DNA of 64,000 bases from Candidatus Saccharimonadota bacterium (GTDB lineage Bacteria; Patescibacteriota; Saccharimonadia; Saccharimonadales; Saccharimonadaceae), in assembly GCA_017510925.1 (NCBI GenBank), contig JAFWLT010000006.1:98599-162598 (forward strand), written 5' to 3'. This document shows, piece by piece, positions 60,638 through 64,000 of this stretch. Under the pieces are notes generated by a model that worked only from the letters and a program-made list of their open reading frames with translations, had not been told where the DNA came from and did not search any database. The position numbers and the translations under genes are program-made. Position 1 is the stretch's first letter; each line of letters opens with the position of its first letter.

Positions 60638-62269
60638 ATGTATGACGCGAAGGAGGAAATAAAATCTCGACTTCCCGTAGAAGATGTAGTGGGCCGCTAT
60701 GTGGAGTTGAAGCGTGCCGGCCGTAGTCTTAAAGGCCGTTCGCCTTGGGGTGTAGATAAGACCCCTAGTTTTATGGTTTCTCCAGAGAAGGGTATTTGGC
60801 ACGATTTCTCAGCCAATAAAGGTGGCGATATCTTTACCTTTGTAATGGAAGTAGAAGGGATTACCTTCAAAGAAGCTCTAGAAAAACTTGCGCGTGAAGC
60901 TGGCGTAGATCTTGCAAAATACGGTGGCAAGGGAGACGACAAAAAATTTGCCGAGAAAAAACTCCGTATCAAAAAATCTCTCGAACTTGCTACTAAGTAC
61001 TATCAAGCCTGTCTAGTGAAAAATCGCGAAGTCTGTGAGTACGTTTTTTATCAGCGACACTTAAATCGTGCTACTGTCGCCGAGTTCAAAATTGGCTACT
61101 CCCCGGCCTCTGGTACAGCGCTTTTAGACGCGCTAAAAAAACGTGGATTTTCTATAGAAGATTTGGACGCTGCCGGTCCTTTAAATCGTTTCAAAAAAGA
61201 TTTGTTCAAAGATCGAATGATGATTCCATTTATTGACACAAACGGGGAAGTGATCGGCTATACTGCTCGCATTTTGGGTAAGGGCGAGCCAAAATACCTC
61301 AATACTCCAGAAACCGTGTTGTTCAATAAGTCTAAATATATCTTTGGGCTTTATCAGGCCAAAGAGTCTATTCGTCGTAGCAACTTTGTAGTGATAGTAG
61401 AAGGGAATATGGATGTGATTTCTTCGCACCAGGCTGGCGTCAAAGAGGCTGTGGCGACATCGGGTACTGCGATGACCGAGCAACACCTCAAGATCCTTTC
61501 GCGTTTAACTTCTGATATTCGTTTGGCATACGACGGTGACGAGGCCGGTGTTAAAGCTACCGAGCGCGCCGTAGAACTTGCTGGGAATCTTGGCATAGAT
61601 CTTACTATTATCTCTAATTATCACGGGGCCAAAGACCCGGATGAATTAATACAGAAGGACCCTGCCCTCTGGAAGCAAGCCGTAGAAGAACGCATTCCAG
61701 CTGTAGATTGGCTCCTTGATAAATATGCCGAGAAGCTAAACCTCTCCTTAGCCCCAGATAAGAAGAAGTTTTCTGACATCGCTCTCAAGCTCCTAAGCTA
61801 TATTCACGACGAAATTGAATACGCCACTTATGAGGATAAAATTGCCAAGATTCTAGGCGTCTCAAGAGAAGTCCTGCACGAAAAAGGTACTCGCCTAGAT
61901 GAAGAACTAGAAAAATCTAAGGCCAAAAGATTTCTCAAAAAGCCTAAAACCACTGCTATGCCAAATCACGTCAAGAAGTTAGAAGACAATCTCCTGGCTC
62001 TCAAAATCTTTGGTAAGGCCAGCCTAGAAGTTCCTCTAGAAATCCCTACCGAAAAAACCAGGCTTTCAGAGCTAGAATTAGTTTTTGATACCAATTACAA
62101 AGATATCAAAGATTTCGACAAAGAAGCCAAGCTCACTCTAGATCGTTATCAAAAAGAAACCAAAAAACTAAGAGTAAAAGAACTCCAGGAAAAACTCGAA
62201 AATCTAGAAGAAGACGATCCAATTTATGAAGAAACCCTAACCGAGCTCAGTCAGCTACTTAAGTCTTGA
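60638..62269 (+). CDS. dnaG: DNA primase DnaG (zinc-binding ligands absent)
   Basis: DKTPSFMV...GGDIFTFVM aligns to the CHC2 zinc-finger region but lacks its Cys/His ligands. RNAP domain present, plus TOPRIM VIVEGNMDVIS...DGDEAG. Confidence 0.9.
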   Translation: MYDAKEEIKSRLPVEDVVGRYVELKRAGRSLKGRSPWGVDKTPSFMVSPEKGIWHDFSANKGGDIFTFVMEVEGITFKEALEKLAREAGVDLAKYGGKGDDKKFAEKKLRIKKSLELATKYYQACLVKNREVCEYVFYQRHLNRATVAEFKIGYSPASGTALLDALKKRGFSIEDLDAAGPLNRFKKDLFKDRMMIPFIDTNGEVIGYTARILGKGEPKYLNTPETVLFNKSKYIFGLYQAKESIRRSNFVVIVEGNMDVISSHQAGVKEAVATSGTAMTEQHLKILSRLTSDIRLAYDGDEAGVKATERAVELAGNLGIDLTIISNYHGAKDPDELIQKDPALWKQAVEERIPAVDWLLDKYAEKLNLSLAPDKKKFSDIALKLLSYIHDEIEYATYEDKIAKILGVSREVLHEKGTRLDEELEKSKAKRFLKKPKTTAMPNHVKKLEDNLLALKIFGKASLEVPLEIPTEKTRLSELELVFDTNYKDIKDFDKEAKLTLDRYQKETKKLRVKELQEKLENLEEDDPIYEETLTELSQLLKS

Positions 62270-62322
62270 TCTTTTCTCTTATCTGTGCTATAATTACACC
62301 TATATAAAGTAAAGGATTAACA

Positions 62323-62631
62323 ATGAAAAAAGCAGTTATCCTCGTAGGCGGGAAACAATATCTCGTTGAGGAAAAAGAGACCCTACGGGTGGACCTCCTC
62401 CCGGCAGGCACTAAAGAGCTCGAAACTGATGCTTTACTCGTAATCGACGGCGACAAAACCACCGTTGGTACTCCTACAGTTAAAGGCGTAAAGGTTTCAG
62501 CCAAGGTGAAAACACCAGAGGTAAAGGGCGACAAAGTTCGCGTAATTCGCTATCATTCAAAGAAGCGTGTTCACACCGAAACTGGCCATCGCCAAAAGTA
62601 CAGTGAGATTGAAATCACCAGTATTAAGTAA
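62323..62631 (+). CDS. rplU: 50S ribosomal protein L21
   Basis: AVILVGGKQYLVEEKETLRVDLL...KVRVIRYHSKKRVHTETGHRQKYSEIEI. Confidence 0.95.
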   Translation: MKKAVILVGGKQYLVEEKETLRVDLLPAGTKELETDALLVIDGDKTTVGTPTVKGVKVSAKVKTPEVKGDKVRVIRYHSKKRVHTETGHRQKYSEIEITSIK

Positions 62632-62660
62632 AAAATAGCACCGTAAGGTGCTATTTTTTT
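62631..62660 (+). terminator. rho-independent terminator
   Basis: AAAAATAGCACC-GTAA-GGTGCTATTTTTTT. Confidence 0.9.
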
Positions 62661-62686
62661 GTTGTTGTGTTATAATGATAAGTATT

Positions 62687-63463
62687 ATGAGTGCGAAGGT
62701 AATCTGTGTAACTAACCAAAAGGGTGGTGTCGGCAAAACTACTACGGCTGTAAATCTAAGTTTTTATTTAGCTAAAGATAAGAAGAGAGTTTTACTAGTA
62801 GATTTTGATCCTCAAGGCAATGCCACCTCTGGTCTTGGCCTAGACAAAAACGACAAGGCCAAACTTGGCGTTACCATGACAGAGGTTCTTCTTGGTAATG
62901 CCGACATGGAAGATTCCATTCGCCACACCAAGTATAAAAACTACGATTTGTCTCCAGCCACCCCAGAACTTGCTAATGCAGAAGTAGAAATTGCTGGCCT
63001 GAGTAAAAAATTTGTTCGCCTTCGTGACGCTATTAACAGGGTAAAAGATCAGTACGATTTTGTTATCATCGACCTTCCACCATCACTTAGCTTACTCACC
63101 GTTAATGGTATGATTGCTGCTGATTATCTCTTGCTCCCAGTGCAGACTGAGTTTTATGCGCTTGAAGGCGTAGCACAGCTTCTAGAAACTATGAAACTAG
63201 TCAAAAAACAGGCTAATCCACATCTAAAACTCTTAGGCGTAGTTGCTACTATGTACGACAAGAGAACCAGCTTATCGTCTCAGGTCTTCACTGAGATCAA
63301 GAAATATTTCAAAGATCTTACCTTTAAGACTACTATCCCTAGAAATGTGCGCGTAGCTGAGGCCCCATCTCACGGTGTGCCAGTTGGCGATTATGATAAA
63401 TTCTCTCGTGGCGCTAAAGCTTACAAAGACCTCGCCAGAGAAGTAGAAGGGAGAATCAAATGA
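62687..63463 (+). CDS. parA: chromosome partitioning ATPase ParA/Soj
   Basis: Deviant Walker A NQKGGVGKTTT, DFDPQGNAT, IIDLPPS. The start is set at ATG 62687. Confidence 0.92.
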   Translation: MSAKVICVTNQKGGVGKTTTAVNLSFYLAKDKKRVLLVDFDPQGNATSGLGLDKNDKAKLGVTMTEVLLGNADMEDSIRHTKYKNYDLSPATPELANAEVEIAGLSKKFVRLRDAINRVKDQYDFVIIDLPPSLSLLTVNGMIAADYLLLPVQTEFYALEGVAQLLETMKLVKKQANPHLKLLGVVATMYDKRTSLSSQVFTEIKKYFKDLTFKTTIPRNVRVAEAPSHGVPVGDYDKFSRGAKAYKDLAREVEGRIK

Positions 63464-64000
63464 AAGGTTTAGGCCGTGGTTTTGACGCATTAATTCCTAC
63501 CGATCTTGTAGACGAGGAATTTGACCTTACAGCCTCAGAAGACAAAAAAGAATCCGAGCTTTTAAAGATCAAAATTGATGATATTTTCCCAGACGAAGAG
63601 CAGCCACGTCGTGATTTTGCTCCCGAAGCTATGGAGGCGCTCGCCGCCTCGATCAAAGAGCACGGTGTGCTCCAGCCAATCGTCGTCACCAAAGAAGATG
63701 GTAAGTATAAAATCGTCGCCGGCGAGCGCCGCTGGCGTGCTTCCAAGATTGCCGGCTTAGATAAGATCCCAGCTATAGTGAGAAGCCTAGATTCCCAAAA
63801 TCGCCTCGAGCTCTCTATTATTGAAAACGCTCAAAGAGAAGATCTTAACCCAATCGAGCTTGCTACGGCCTATGCCAAGCTCAAAAATCAGTTCAACCTA
63901 TCAGATGAAGATATTGCCGCTAAGGTAGGGAAATCAGAAACAACCGTCCAAAACACCTTGAGACTCTTAAACCTCCCAGAAGATGTCAAACGCACCATGG
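63460..64000 (+). CDS. parB: chromosome partitioning protein ParB/Spo0J (partial, runs off the window)
   Basis: MKGLGRGFDALIP, QPRRDF, LQPIVV, IVAGERRWRAS, IIENAQREDLNPIE. ATGA overlap with parA. Confidence 0.9.
   Translation, partial: MKGLGRGFDALIPTDLVDEEFDLTASEDKKESELLKIKIDDIFPDEEQPRRDFAPEAMEALAASIKEHGVLQPIVVTKEDGKYKIVAGERRWRASKIAGLDKIPAIVRSLDSQNRLELSIIENAQREDLNPIELATAYAKLKNQFNLSDEDIAAKVGKSETTVQNTLRLLNLPEDVKRTM

Noticed and set aside
1-64000. Alternative genetic code (UGA as sense), as in some CPR lineages
   Set aside because: Conserved proteins translate continuously with the standard code, and TGA terminates genes at sensible positions (for example 1827-1829, 23613-23615 and 31265-31267).

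Overview
The window is a gene-dense bacterial chromosome segment read with the standard genetic code. TGA acts as a stop codon, for example in the ATGA overlaps at 1826-1829 and 31264-31267. Gene content suggests a reduced-genome, Gram-positive-type CPR/Patescibacteria organism, most plausibly Saccharibacteria (TM7); this placement is inference only. Supporting content includes paired FemAB genes, a type IV pilus locus with no secretin, acetate kinase, many short lineage-specific ORFs, and few biosynthetic genes. Core genes recognised include rlmH, tsaD, ftsK, rpoD, polA, mutM, rpsT, rpsU, adk, map, ftsA, ftsZ, nrdR, ileS, rpsF-ssb-rpsR, efp, ackA, mscL, dnaG, rplU, parA and parB, plus tRNA-Gln and tRNA-Asp. 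An 11-gene type IV pilus locus spans 44467-54988 (pilM, pilN-like, two membrane ORFs, pilB, pilT, pilC, two pilins, pilD, one minor pilin). Accessory content includes an IS1634-like transposase remnant, a RhuM/Doc-type gene, a run of four kinase-like genes, an AT-rich defence-like islet (ORF6N/PLD-like, EcoRI-like N6A methyltransferase, DUF262-HNH nuclease), a FISUMP-domain secreted protein and a three-gene surface-protein operon. The most interesting observations are these. (1) A promoter, a multi-helix RNA and a terminator sit in front of the methyltransferase/DUF262-HNH pair, with riboswitch-like mutually exclusive helices. (2) A stand-alone 147-aa protein carries the NrdD-type glycyl-radical C-terminal motif behind NrdR-box-like palindromes. 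(3) Zinc or cysteine ligands are lost in NrdR, an NrdH-like protein, DnaG and PilB. (4) At 16 genes a -10 box ends 7-8 nt before the ATG, which points to widespread leaderless mRNAs. (5) Two single-nucleotide frameshifts occur in otherwise intact genes. No rRNA genes and no CRISPR arrays were seen.
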